From the sequence record PX418922.1: DNA of 64,000 nt; one strand, given 5' to 3'. The stretch comes from a phage. Under the pieces are notes generated by a model that saw only the letters and a program-made list of their open reading frames with translations, was not told the origin of the DNA and did no database searches. The position numbers were made by a program, and so were the translations under genes. Position 1 is the stretch's first letter. Each line of letters starts with the position of its first letter. This document shows, one piece after another, positions 51,700-60,579 of the stretch.

Positions 51700-52784
51700 T
51701 AGAAGTCAAGCTCCTCATCATCAGAGAGATCTTTGTTAGCTGAATTCAATTTGTAATTAGTTAACTGAATCTCTTGGGCTGCTGACTGAATCAAATCAGG
51801 ATTCAACCATTTTTCCATCCAAGCTAAAGGACTATGTTTAGGTGCTTTAAACTTGGCTTTCATTTTCAATCGACGATAAATAGGAGCAGCATTGAAATAA
51901 ACCCACTGTTTAGACAATTCGGCGTTAAGACCTACAATAAAACGACCTTCACTAAACAGGTAGTCACACCACTGTTCCTCTTGTTCAACAACAGTGTCGA
52001 GGATCAAAGTCAACTCTTCAATATTATCTTCGTAAATTTTACGCCAAATTGGGTCATGCATCAATGCATCAATTACAGCATAATCCATCTTAACATGCAA
52101 GATTTCATCTAGCATAATTTTCTGGATCAGTTTACAAGCCCCAACAAACAGTTGTTGTTCTGCCATAGCAAAAGTAGCAGAGAAGGAAGATATAAACTGA
52201 ATACCTTCTAATCCAATCAGGGCTACCATCCCTTTAAGAATCAGCAATCGAAGTTCATCGTTAGCTTCAATCAATCCTAGAGCATACTTATGACCAGCTT
52301 CTTCCAACTGACCCATGATATCAGCAATGATACCCATACGATTGAAAATTTTATCATTAATCATAATCTGATTGATGACTTCAATTGGATCTGGAGTACA
52401 TTGACGGATTATTTCAGAATACGTTAACGCATGGAGAACTTCCATTTCACTCTGCTTCATCATCATAGCACAGGCTTCATTGTTACTCAAGAATGGAGAG
52501 AACAAAGTGATGATTGATTTTGCAAGAGAATCATTTTCCCATTGGAACGATAAGTTTTTAATCATAACATCATAGTTGTTTTTAGAACAAGCTACGAAAT
52601 CTTTACGTGTCTGATCCAGATTAACTTCGTTTTCATCCCAATCTTGTGCTTTTTGAAGTTTGTAGAGTTTGTGCATTTCTGGATAAGTTACGTTAACAGA
52701 ATCAAAGATCCCTAATTGCTCCCCCAAAAATACTGGATATTTTCCTGTTTTGTAAACTTCATTGTGTAAATTAATTGCTGCCAT
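51699..52784 (-). CDS. nrdB: ribonucleotide reductase class Ia small subunit
   Basis: Ferritin-like di-iron R2 fold; size and position next to nrdA. Confidence 0.8.
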   Translation of the reverse strand: MAAINLHNEVYKTGKYPVFLGEQLGIFDSVNVTYPEMHKLYKLQKAQDWDENEVNLDQTRKDFVACSKNNYDVMIKNLSFQWENDSLAKSIITLFSPFLSNNEACAMMMKQSEMEVLHALTYSEIIRQCTPDPIEVINQIMINDKIFNRMGIIADIMGQLEEAGHKYALGLIEANDELRLLILKGMVALIGLEGIQFISSFSATFAMAEQQLFVGACKLIQKIMLDEILHVKMDYAVIDALMHDPIWRKIYEDNIEELTLILDTVVEQEEQWCDYLFSEGRFIVGLNAELSKQWVYFNAAPIYRRLKMKAKFKAPKHSPLAWMEKWLNPDLIQSAAQEIQLTNYKLNSANKDLSDDEELDF

Positions 52785-52805
52785 TTAAAATTCTCCTCAA
52801 TAAAA

Positions 52806-52821
52806 GGGGGCCGAAGCCCCT
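52806..52821 (-). terminator. GGGGCUUCGGCCCC hairpin between HEG and nrdB
   Basis: Minus-strand GGGGC-TTCG-GCCCCC followed by TTTTATT, then RBS of nrdB. Confidence 0.5.
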
Positions 52822-52827
52822 TTATAT

Positions 52828-53484
52828 TTAGCCTCGAAATACTGTTTTTGTTTCCGCCAGGTGCCAATAGAAATCAGCTTTGTTTACAAGAGTGTTGTAC
52901 ACCTCTGGATAAAAATGTTCTTCCTCTTTGTAACGATCTGCTGTTTCCCTGATTGACTTAGCTTTATCCTTTAGCCAATCGAAGTGTGCCTCTTCCTCTG
53001 TAGAGAAGTAGCCTAAATGCTTTCCTTTACTCCCAGAAGCTTTGGCATAAATCTTACCATCTTTCCTAACATGTGCTCCTAGTAAGTATTTTCTTTCATA
53101 CCTCTTAGCATAACTTAAGAGTGTATTTATATAAGGAGGAACAAACCTACAATATTCAGGACAATAAACAGTATTTCCTTCAAGAACAAGATCTTTATCT
53201 AAAACAAAGCCTTCCACATTGTGTTCTTGATACCAGTTATCAAAGTTTGAAAAGGTGAACCAAGCATCACACACAGTAACATCTTTATAACCTGGTCTAA
53301 TGTTTTCCATACGATATGCACGATTAAACATGCCTTTCCAAGCTGCATAGGAAGGGTCTATGAATGTATTAACCCTTTTCCCATTGATAACACCACCTTC
53401 CCACAATCTACGTTCAACATCCACAATCAAGGGGATTTCTCCCCTCTCTGTGAGAACGGTAACTTTACGTTTACCCTTCTTCAT
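52828..53484 (-). mobile_element. HNH homing endonuclease with AP2-like DNA-binding domain, inserted between nrdA and nrdB
   Basis: N-terminal phage HNH-type block (YAAWKGMFNRAY..VTVCDAWF.FSNF) and C-terminal KHLGYFSTEEEAHFDWL AP2-like motif; location mirrors T4 mobE. Confidence 0.6.
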
Positions 53485-53495
53485 CTGTTCTCCTA

Positions 53496-55739
53496 CTACA
53501 TTTTACAGGCACTACACCCTTCGTCTTCAGAATCTTCTTGTGCTAAAGAATCTGCTGATTTTGTTCTACTGTTAAGGTAATACAATGACTTACCACCCAG
53601 TCTAGCAAAATTCAGAATAAACTGCATCTCAGCTTTCACTGATAAACGTCCACCTACCAATTTAGAATAATCTAGCCAAGAATCACAAGAAATTCCTTGG
53701 TCCGTAAACTTGGTAAAGATACCATACATTTCTGCAAGGTCTTTAGCCGGAGTATCCCAGGCGGATTGGTAGAACATTTTCAGTTTTTCGTAGTCTGGAA
53801 CAATAAATAATACGCTACCTTTCTGACTTTGTTTATACATAATGGTATCACGAACAGGGTACAGAGAGTTAGTAGTATTGCTTACCAAACTGCTGGACTC
53901 ATTAGGTGCAATAGCAGCCAAGACACTGTTACGGATACCACCTTGTTCAATGATTTCAGCACGTAAGCCTTCCCAGTCCATTTTAAGATCAAAATTACCG
54001 ATACTATCTACTGTTTTAGCATAAGTGTCAATTGGTAGCCAACCTTGAGGCCATTTGGTCTTATCGATCCATTCTGCATTACCTTTTTCCTTAGCCAGAC
54101 GCAGAGAGGCTTTTGCCAACCAAAAGTAATGACGTTCTGCAAGTTCATGCATTAATTTTTTAGCATAAGCATCTGAATAATTTACAAAATTACTTGCCAA
54201 ATAATGCGCTAAGTTTGTAATACCTACACCAATAGATCTACGTGCTTTAGCAGTTATTTCGTTATGTTTAAATGGATAATCCATTGTTTCAATAACGTTG
54301 TCAATTGTCAATACAGTGTAGTATGCAACATCCTCATATTCTTCAGGTAAGACACGACCAGCGACAATAGAAGATAAGAAGCATAAAGCCAATTCTTGAT
54401 CTTCTGTATTCTCACCAGTAAAGAGATCCGGCATACTGTGGAAAGCTTTAGTTGGTAAGAAGATCTCTTGACACAGGTTTGATTGATACACCGTATCCAG
54501 GAAAGGTGTATGGTTGTTAACGTTGTCAGCAAAGAACATGTAAATACGTCCTGTTTCTGCACGTTGAACAATAATCTCTGTCAGAAGATCACGAGCCTTA
54601 ACAAATTTTTTCTTAATGCGACGACGGCTTACTTTGTCATAAACTGCATCAAACTCTTCTTCACTTTTATACAAGGCTTCATAAAGTTCAGGAGCATCAT
54701 CACAACTAACTAACATCCAGTCTTCGTTTTTTGCTGCTCGACGCAAGAACGAACGGTTAACAACAATAGAATAATCTAGTTTGTCTACTCGTTTATCTAT
54801 AGGTGTTGTTGGATTCTTCAGTCGAATCAGATCGTCGAAGTCTGGTTCAAGTATGGTAAAGGTAACTGTAGCACTACCTCCACGGCTTGCTTGCTTCGAA
54901 GCTCCAACACTATCTTCCATCCATTTCAGATACGGAAGAAGACCACCATGAATAATACGATTATTCTTAACACCTTGACCTGTGGCACGAGTTTGAAGAT
55001 TAACACCAATACCTGCGTTATTCAACGTATACTCATGAGCTAAGTAATTAGCAATGGCTAAAGATTCTGCCGTATCGTCTGCACGGAATAAACAACAAGA
55101 CGCACTTCCTTTGATTGGAGTTCGTAGAGTTGTCAGATACGGCGATGGCAGATTAATCTTAAGATCGCTAACATAAGTATAAAGTTTTTTAATATCTTCT
55201 ATACGGCGTTCTTTTGGTTGGATCTCCATAACCTTCATTGCGATACCAATGAAAAGAAACTGTGGAGACTCATGCACCACATCGTTTACTGCATCTCGAA
55301 TAAGATATTTATCTACCATCTGACGTAAAACAGAATAACCATAAGTTAGATTTTTATTATGCTTTACAATCTTACCTATTTCTTTGATCTCTTCATCAGT
55401 ATAATCCATTTTAGCCCAATGTCCACGTTCTACCATATCATGATAAAAGGTATTCAGTGAAGGGATGCTGTGGTATCCCCCATGAGCCTGTTTGTAAATC
55501 ATACCCAGAAGAAGTCTTCCTGCCATATCACTGTAAGCTTGTGTTTTCTTGTCAATACACGCTGCAATCATTGCTTTATGCAGATCACGCGTAGACACAC
55601 CGTCATAACACCGCTTCACAGCTTCTAATTCAATTTCAGACCAGTTTAGTTTACCTGCTGCAAATTCAGACCACTTGCGAAGTTTTTCTGGATTAAACTC
55701 CTCTGTCTTACCGTTAGATTTAGTTACAAAACGAATCAA
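53496..55739 (-). CDS. nrdA: ribonucleotide reductase class Ia large subunit
   Basis: N-terminal ATP-cone; active-site NLCQEI and ESSS motifs; C-terminal CSACKM redox cysteines; 747 aa. Confidence 0.9.
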   Translation of the reverse strand: MIRFVTKSNGKTEEFNPEKLRKWSEFAAGKLNWSEIELEAVKRCYDGVSTRDLHKAMIAACIDKKTQAYSDMAGRLLLGMIYKQAHGGYHSIPSLNTFYHDMVERGHWAKMDYTDEEIKEIGKIVKHNKNLTYGYSVLRQMVDKYLIRDAVNDVVHESPQFLFIGIAMKVMEIQPKERRIEDIKKLYTYVSDLKINLPSPYLTTLRTPIKGSASCCLFRADDTAESLAIANYLAHEYTLNNAGIGVNLQTRATGQGVKNNRIIHGGLLPYLKWMEDSVGASKQASRGGSATVTFTILEPDFDDLIRLKNPTTPIDKRVDKLDYSIVVNRSFLRRAAKNEDWMLVSCDDAPELYEALYKSEEEFDAVYDKVSRRRIKKKFVKARDLLTEIIVQRAETGRIYMFFADNVNNHTPFLDTVYQSNLCQEIFLPTKAFHSMPDLFTGENTEDQELALCFLSSIVAGRVLPEEYEDVAYYTVLTIDNVIETMDYPFKHNEITAKARRSIGVGITNLAHYLASNFVNYSDAYAKKLMHELAERHYFWLAKASLRLAKEKGNAEWIDKTKWPQGWLPIDTYAKTVDSIGNFDLKMDWEGLRAEIIEQGGIRNSVLAAIAPNESSSLVSNTTNSLYPVRDTIMYKQSQKGSVLFIVPDYEKLKMFYQSAWDTPAKDLAEMYGIFTKFTDQGISCDSWLDYSKLVGGRLSVKAEMQFILNFARLGGKSLYYLNSRTKSADSLAQEDSEDEGCSACKM

Positions 55740-55755
55740 CTTCTCCTCCCTATTA

Positions 55756-55998
55756 TTAATGCATATTCAAAACATCTACATCATAACCGAACTTCATTTC
55801 ATTAAAAAGTCCATTAGCATATAGAAAACCTTCAAAATGAGTTATGTCATCAAACCCTTTTGCTTTTGCTCGACGGTCTGCTTCTTGTCTTTTAGGAGAT
55901 AAACGTTTTGAAGTGTCTAGAATTACAGTTACATTACAACCAACAGTTTCATCAAAATAGACTTCGATTTCACAGCCTTCATATTTATTATCAGTCAT
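55756..55998 (-). CDS. hypothetical protein (80 aa)
   Basis: ATG 55998 with RBS GAGAGGGA. Confidence 0.45.
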   Translation of the reverse strand: MTDNKYEGCEIEVYFDETVGCNVTVILDTSKRLSPKRQEADRRAKAKGFDDITHFEGFLYANGLFNEMKFGYDVDVLNMH

Positions 55999-56006
55999 TG
56001 TCCCTC

Positions 56007-56417
56007 TCATTGATTAGTATCATCTGCTTTCGCAGGATCATAAGAGTTACCGAAATCATCCATCTTAATATGTGACGCACCCCAACCTGTAAATTCTTCA
56101 TCACCAAAATGAAAAATATCATTTTCTTGATAGATTCGTTTAAAACCACAATTAGGTGAAACAGGGAAAGTGAAAAGCGTTGTATTTGCAAACACTACTC
56201 GCTTATCGTTATTGCTTCGGATATTCACATTACGCTCAACAGAATAGTGTGAATCTTCAGCCATACCCAGCATTACAAGCGACGCTCTAATAACAGCATT
56301 TTGTTTCTCGTGTGGGATATTGCCATTGTGTTTATTTGATTCTAGTTTCCAGATAGGGGTAGACATTACAGTAGACATGCTTACGGTAGCCCAAGTTGTA
56401 GTATTTACTAATGACAT
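56007..56417 (-). CDS. hypothetical protein (136 aa)
   Basis: ATG 56417 with RBS AAGGAG; preceded by promoter plus 5' hairpin. Confidence 0.5.
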   Translation of the reverse strand: MSLVNTTTWATVSMSTVMSTPIWKLESNKHNGNIPHEKQNAVIRASLVMLGMAEDSHYSVERNVNIRSNNDKRVVFANTTLFTFPVSPNCGFKRIYQENDIFHFGDEEFTGWGASHIKMDDFGNSYDPAKADDTNQ

Positions 56418-56438
56418 ATTTTCTCCTTCATTTTGAAT

Positions 56439-56499
56439 GGGAGGACTCACCTCCTCCCAGTATTGTGCTATATTATACTAAAACTAATACTAAAGTCAA
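56439..56499 (-). promoter_or_regulatory. sigma70 promoter with 5' GC hairpin, minus strand
   Basis: Minus-strand TTGACT-N16/17-TATAAT followed by hairpin GGGAGGA-GGTGA-GTCCTCCC and RBS AAGGAG. Confidence 0.55.
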
Positions 56500-56515
56500 T
56501 AACTATTTAAACAGA

Positions 56516-57514
56516 TCACCATTTAGTATGATTTGTTAAAAGTTGACGATGTTGAATCCAGCCTTTGAAATTGCCAGACCAAAACTTACCATTACGATCT
56601 ACATGGGTAATACCTGGTTCCCAAGAGTTAAAATCCCAAGGAGCATTGATAAACAAATCTTCAAAACAGTTCTCTCCATATTGTTCGCATGTTTCTTGAA
56701 TTGGAGTGGCTTGATGTTCAAACGGAGAAGCATGAACCTTGCGCCCAGTCAGCAAGCGACCATAGATATCTAAAGCTTTATCTTTAGTTGCATTTAAACG
56801 ACGATAGCTAACCTGTGCACAACATGAAGCTGAAATAGCTTTGGCTTCTTCCAAAGTAAGCACAACAACTTCTCCAGATTCATCTTGAACGTAGTATCCA
56901 CCAAAAACAAAATGATCGTCACCTTCTGTGCCAATATTATCGTAGAAATGGTCTACATAAGGTGTGTGCCATTGCCCTGGTTTCAGCACTTCTGGTGTAG
57001 ATCCTTCATACTCTTTGTGCATCTCTTTAGCCAAAGCTTCGATAGTAGGATCGGCTTCTTTGTCATCACGTAGCCACCAGAAATTTTCATATTCTGTTGC
57101 TGTCAGAACTGTTTTAATTCGTTGGAAAGGTTCCAGAAGACGGTTTGCAACTTGTTTGTGGTACCCTGCCAAAGAGAATTCTTCTGCAAAACGTGCTGCA
57201 CTAAGCGCGGCAAGATCCCACCACTCTTGAGCAGTATAACCTGCATCAATAAGAGCGTCATGATCAACACCTTTATCCTGCATACCAGGTTGGTTAGCCC
57301 CAAAACGATAAGGACGAGCAGGTTGATTTCGCACCATTTCAATCAGTGTTTTAACAGGTATAGCACGGCTAGAAGCAGCATTACGACTGAACAGGCGGTG
57401 AGTCATCAATTCTGAATGAATAATACGTGGATATTCTAGTTCAAAAGTTACAATCTCTTTTCCGTCTTCAGTGATGGAATGCGCAATAATACTAGCCGAA
57501 ATCTGTTTTGTCAT
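56516..57514 (-). CDS. thyX: ThyX-like protein with variant signature motif (putative flavin-dependent thymidylate synthase)
   Basis: ELMTHRLFSRNAASSRA aligns to ThyX signature LIRHRHFSYSQLSQRY with R to T and Y to A changes; 332 aa, longer than typical ThyX. Confidence 0.5.
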   Translation of the reverse strand: MTKQISASIIAHSITEDGKEIVTFELEYPRIIHSELMTHRLFSRNAASSRAIPVKTLIEMVRNQPARPYRFGANQPGMQDKGVDHDALIDAGYTAQEWWDLAALSAARFAEEFSLAGYHKQVANRLLEPFQRIKTVLTATEYENFWWLRDDKEADPTIEALAKEMHKEYEGSTPEVLKPGQWHTPYVDHFYDNIGTEGDDHFVFGGYYVQDESGEVVVLTLEEAKAISASCCAQVSYRRLNATKDKALDIYGRLLTGRKVHASPFEHQATPIQETCEQYGENCFEDLFINAPWDFNSWEPGITHVDRNGKFWSGNFKGWIQHRQLLTNHTKW

Positions 57515-57523
57515 TTTTTCTCC

Positions 57524-58132
57524 TTAGTTTTTAAAATTGTTCAAAGTGTTAAAAACATCCAAACATGTTAGCCACTGATCTTCTAAACCTGTGATCACAA
57601 CATTTGGTTTTTTCTTTAGTTCTTCTAGATGGTTATCTTTATAAGGCGTATTAAAATATATTTTAACCACTTCATCTGGAAAATATAGTAGGTTATCAGC
57701 CCTGTCATCTATTGCTATATCACAAGGCAATAAGTATTTTTCTTTCGTAGCAAAAAAGCCGTTACCAGATCCTTTGCTAAAATCAATCGTATCTAATGTT
57801 CTTAAAACATGCTTATGTTTAGAACTTAAGTGACCACCTTTTGTCACACTTGCGATCAAAAGATCGCTACCTTTCCTTGAAACATACTTTAAGAAATCTG
57901 GCATACCTGGAACAAAACCCATTGTATCATAGAGATGAGGATTATCCAGAAATCCGTAAGGATCTATATTGAACTCCTCCCTGAAACCAGGAAAGTAGTT
58001 GGTAAGATCATAGTCTGCATTTTTTGTGAATGTGTCTATCTTAACACCAAGTCCACTAATCTTATTCAACCATTCTAACCAAGCAACATCTAATGGAGCC
58101 ACAACTAAATCCCAATCACATACTATCTGCAT
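57524..58132 (-). CDS. HAD-family 5'(3')-deoxyribonucleotidase-like protein
   Basis: N-terminal IVCDWDLV DxD motif typical of 5'-nucleotidases; nucleotide-metabolism neighbourhood. Confidence 0.45.
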   Translation of the reverse strand: MQIVCDWDLVVAPLDVAWLEWLNKISGLGVKIDTFTKNADYDLTNYFPGFREEFNIDPYGFLDNPHLYDTMGFVPGMPDFLKYVSRKGSDLLIASVTKGGHLSSKHKHVLRTLDTIDFSKGSGNGFFATKEKYLLPCDIAIDDRADNLLYFPDEVVKIYFNTPYKDNHLEELKKKPNVVITGLEDQWLTCLDVFNTLNNFKN

Positions 58133-58168
58133 AAAACCTCCTCTCTCTTTTAGTATAGTTATCTTATA

Positions 58169-58744
58169 CTAACTTTCAATTTCCTGCAATAGGATTTTGA
58201 CTATTTGTTTACGGCGTTTTGCTACTGTGCTTTCAGGTTCTATTTTACGCTTCTTCAACCAAGCTTTATCTTTCTTAGCTCTACACAAAGCTATTGCTTC
58301 TTTTTCAGCTTTCGCTTCTTCAAAAGATATACCTTGTTTATCTGCATAAGCAAGAATAGAGTTGCACAATTTACAAACCATGCGCAAATCTTCTTCTTTC
58401 ACATAGATTAAACGGAAAACAAAAAGGGGAATATCCTCAAAACATTGAAGTTGTTTTGCTGCGTGAATATGATCCACTTGGAAGTCTTTCATTCCTCCTC
58501 TGTGTCCACATATTTCGCACTCACAATTCCAAACTTGTTTTGGTTTTCCAGTTTTCTTATCTATCATTACATTGCCGTCTTTATCTACACGATCAACTTT
58601 AAAACGCCTTGCATTGATAACCTTAATTTTATTAGGGTGTCTCATCCATGCTTTTCTAAAGCATCCCCTAAGATAAGTATAAAATTCAGCTTGTGTTTTC
58701 CAGGGTGTTCCTTCACCCCACATTATTTTTGGTTCACCTGCCAA
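58169..58744 (-). mobile_element. HNH endonuclease (probable homing endonuclease)
   Basis: CECEICGH...FQVDHIH...CKLCN HNH zinc-finger nuclease motif; basic C-terminus. Confidence 0.6.
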
Positions 58745-58802
58745 TATTGCTCACCTTTTTAGCTGTATATTCCCCTGGTGGGATATTATGTTTAAAAAAC
58801 AA

Positions 58803-58822
58803 AAGGCGGTCTAACCCCGCCT
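58803..58822 (-). terminator. hairpin terminator, minus strand
   Basis: Minus-strand GGCGG-GGTTAGA-CCGCC followed by TTTTGTTTTTT. Confidence 0.5.
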
Positions 58823-58911
58823 TGCACATTGTTTCTGGAATAGTCAAAGTTAGTAAAAGTTTATCACCTTTTCGGTTGAATATTTTATAAACTTCTCCTG
58901 CTCCATATTGT

Positions 58912-59313
58912 TTAGTATTGCTCGCCACTAATACGTTCCTTAAGTTGTTTAATAGCTTCGATTGCATCTACATAAGAAGAGTTATACATGTGTTTCAGTG
59001 CTACTCGTATTAAAGGATCTTTTGTGAAGAAATCAATAAGAAGCATAGCTTGATCATGTTTAGCTGCATTTGTCATAGATGGATAATTTTCACGAACCAT
59101 ATACGTGTTATTTTGCATAAGGGTTCTTTCTAGTTCAATACAATGAATAGCTTTATCTAGGTTAATCTGACGTTCACCTTTAATACGTGTTGCGTATTTT
59201 GCCAATTTGCAAAAACAAGGTGTGCCACCAACCAAATAAGCTAGTTCAATAGGTTGCATTGTCATTTTTGTGTAGTGATCACCGTCAACCTGATTATCAA
59301 AAGCATTAGACAT
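58912..59313 (-). CDS. hypothetical protein, possible DUF3310-like (133 aa)
   Basis: GDHYTK..QPIE..GG..C..A.KY..R block loosely resembles phage DUF3310; unverified. Confidence 0.4.
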   Translation of the reverse strand: MSNAFDNQVDGDHYTKMTMQPIELAYLVGGTPCFCKLAKYATRIKGERQINLDKAIHCIELERTLMQNNTYMVRENYPSMTNAAKHDQAMLLIDFFTKDPLIRVALKHMYNSSYVDAIEAIKQLKERISGEQY

Positions 59314-59533
59314 AATTTTCCTCCTGAATTCCTACTGCACCTTCTTCTGGGTAGTCTGCATAATAAGCTACCCTACCTTGATAGATAATATCACCATCGT
59401 CATTATAAATTGCTGTATCTTCTTGGATTGTTATTTCAACGTCAAGTAAATCTGGGTCTTTCTCGATGGTATAGTTCAAACCTAACATTTCAAACAGTTC
59501 GAAAATTTCGTTACCTGTTAATGTAATGCTCAT
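59306..59533 (-). CDS. hypothetical protein (75 aa)
   Basis: ATG 59533 with RBS AAGGAGG downstream of promoter. Confidence 0.5.
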   Translation of the reverse strand: MSITLTGNEIFELFEMLGLNYTIEKDPDLLDVEITIQEDTAIYNDDGDIIYQGRVAYYADYPEEGAVGIQEENYV

Positions 59534-59560
59534 ATTTCCTCCTTTTATTGTGGTTAGCAG

Positions 59561-59589
59561 AGTATACACTAATATCAAATTTTTGTCAA
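59561..59589 (-). promoter_or_regulatory. sigma70-like promoter on minus strand
   Basis: Minus-strand TTGACA-N17-TATACT just after terminator hairpin. Confidence 0.55.
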
Positions 59590-59595
59590 TAAAAA

Positions 59596-59612
59596 AGGGA
59601 GCAATAAGCTCC
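59596..59612 (-). terminator. rho-independent terminator, minus strand
   Basis: Minus-strand GGGAGC-TTATT-GCTCCC followed by TTTTTT. Confidence 0.6.
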
Positions 59613-59619
59613 CTGATTA

Positions 59620-60579
59620 TTAGATTCCAATGATAGTTGCTGCTCGTTTATCCTTGGATCTGGTGTTTGCTCTACTACGTGACAAACCTCCACAAGATTC
59701 ACAACGAATGATATCGAAAGAACTTACCGCAGTGTGGTATTGTTTACCAGTAACAACGTGAACGTGATCACTGCCACAACGAGAACAACGGACCTTCTCA
59801 TCTGGGTAATAAGCGGATAAGTTAGGATGCTGTGGAATCCACGGAAGGATTTTCATATACAAATCACGGAGTGAAACAACATCACCATCATTGTAAATCT
59901 GCATACGTTCAAAAGCATCACGATCACCTTCACAACATGCTTTCCATAAAGGGAACCCCTCGTTATCCAGTTTTTCACTTTCTGTTTCGAAATATGCTCC
60001 CATTTCTTTAAGGGAGTTGGAAGGAAGTGCAAATTGTTTCTTAGCTGCCTTCAATGTATCAACAACTACATAATTAGAAGGAGGAGCCATATCGTGATAT
60101 GCAAATCGTTGGTTAATGTATGCACGGTCAAACTTATACCCGTTGTGTGCCACAACTACATCTGCCTCATTCAGAAGGTTCCAAAGATCTTGGCAAAGCT
60201 CCCAATCATCTGTATAATCAATATCAAAAAGAGGATAAGAAGACAAGTTCTTACCTTCCACTTCACCAGTATACAGGTCAGCAGAAGAGTAAGATAACAA
60301 ATAACCCCTACGAATTACTTGATCTGGAGAAATGAAGGCTTTGAATCGACGGAAAGTATATGCAATCTCTGGTGCAGTTTCAACATCAATAATTTTAATA
60401 ACGGGTTGTTTCTTTTTAACTGGCTCTTGTTTACTTGCTCCAAATCGTGCAAGGAAATCGTTCACTGTGCTTTTTCTTGTTGGACTACCTAAAACAATTG
60501 CTGCAATATTACGAGAAGACATACCCTCTGCACTCATACTAAGGATATCTGCTTTCTGCTCTTCTGTTAATCTGCTCAC
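59620..60579 (-). CDS. DEDD-family 3'-5' exonuclease with N-terminal HTH and C-terminal zinc ribbon
   Basis: Exo I IDVETAP, Exo II VAHNGYKFD, Exo III YNDGDVVSLRDLY; N-terminal sigma-region-4-like HTH; C-terminal CSRCG..CESCG. Confidence 0.6.
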   Translation of the reverse strand: MSRLTEEQKADILSMSAEGMSSRNIAAIVLGSPTRKSTVNDFLARFGASKQEPVKKKQPVIKIIDVETAPEIAYTFRRFKAFISPDQVIRRGYLLSYSSADLYTGEVEGKNLSSYPLFDIDYTDDWELCQDLWNLLNEADVVVAHNGYKFDRAYINQRFAYHDMAPPSNYVVVDTLKAAKKQFALPSNSLKEMGAYFETESEKLDNEGFPLWKACCEGDRDAFERMQIYNDGDVVSLRDLYMKILPWIPQHPNLSAYYPDEKVRCSRCGSDHVHVVTGKQYHTAVSSFDIIRCESCGGLSRSRANTRSKDKRAATIIGI

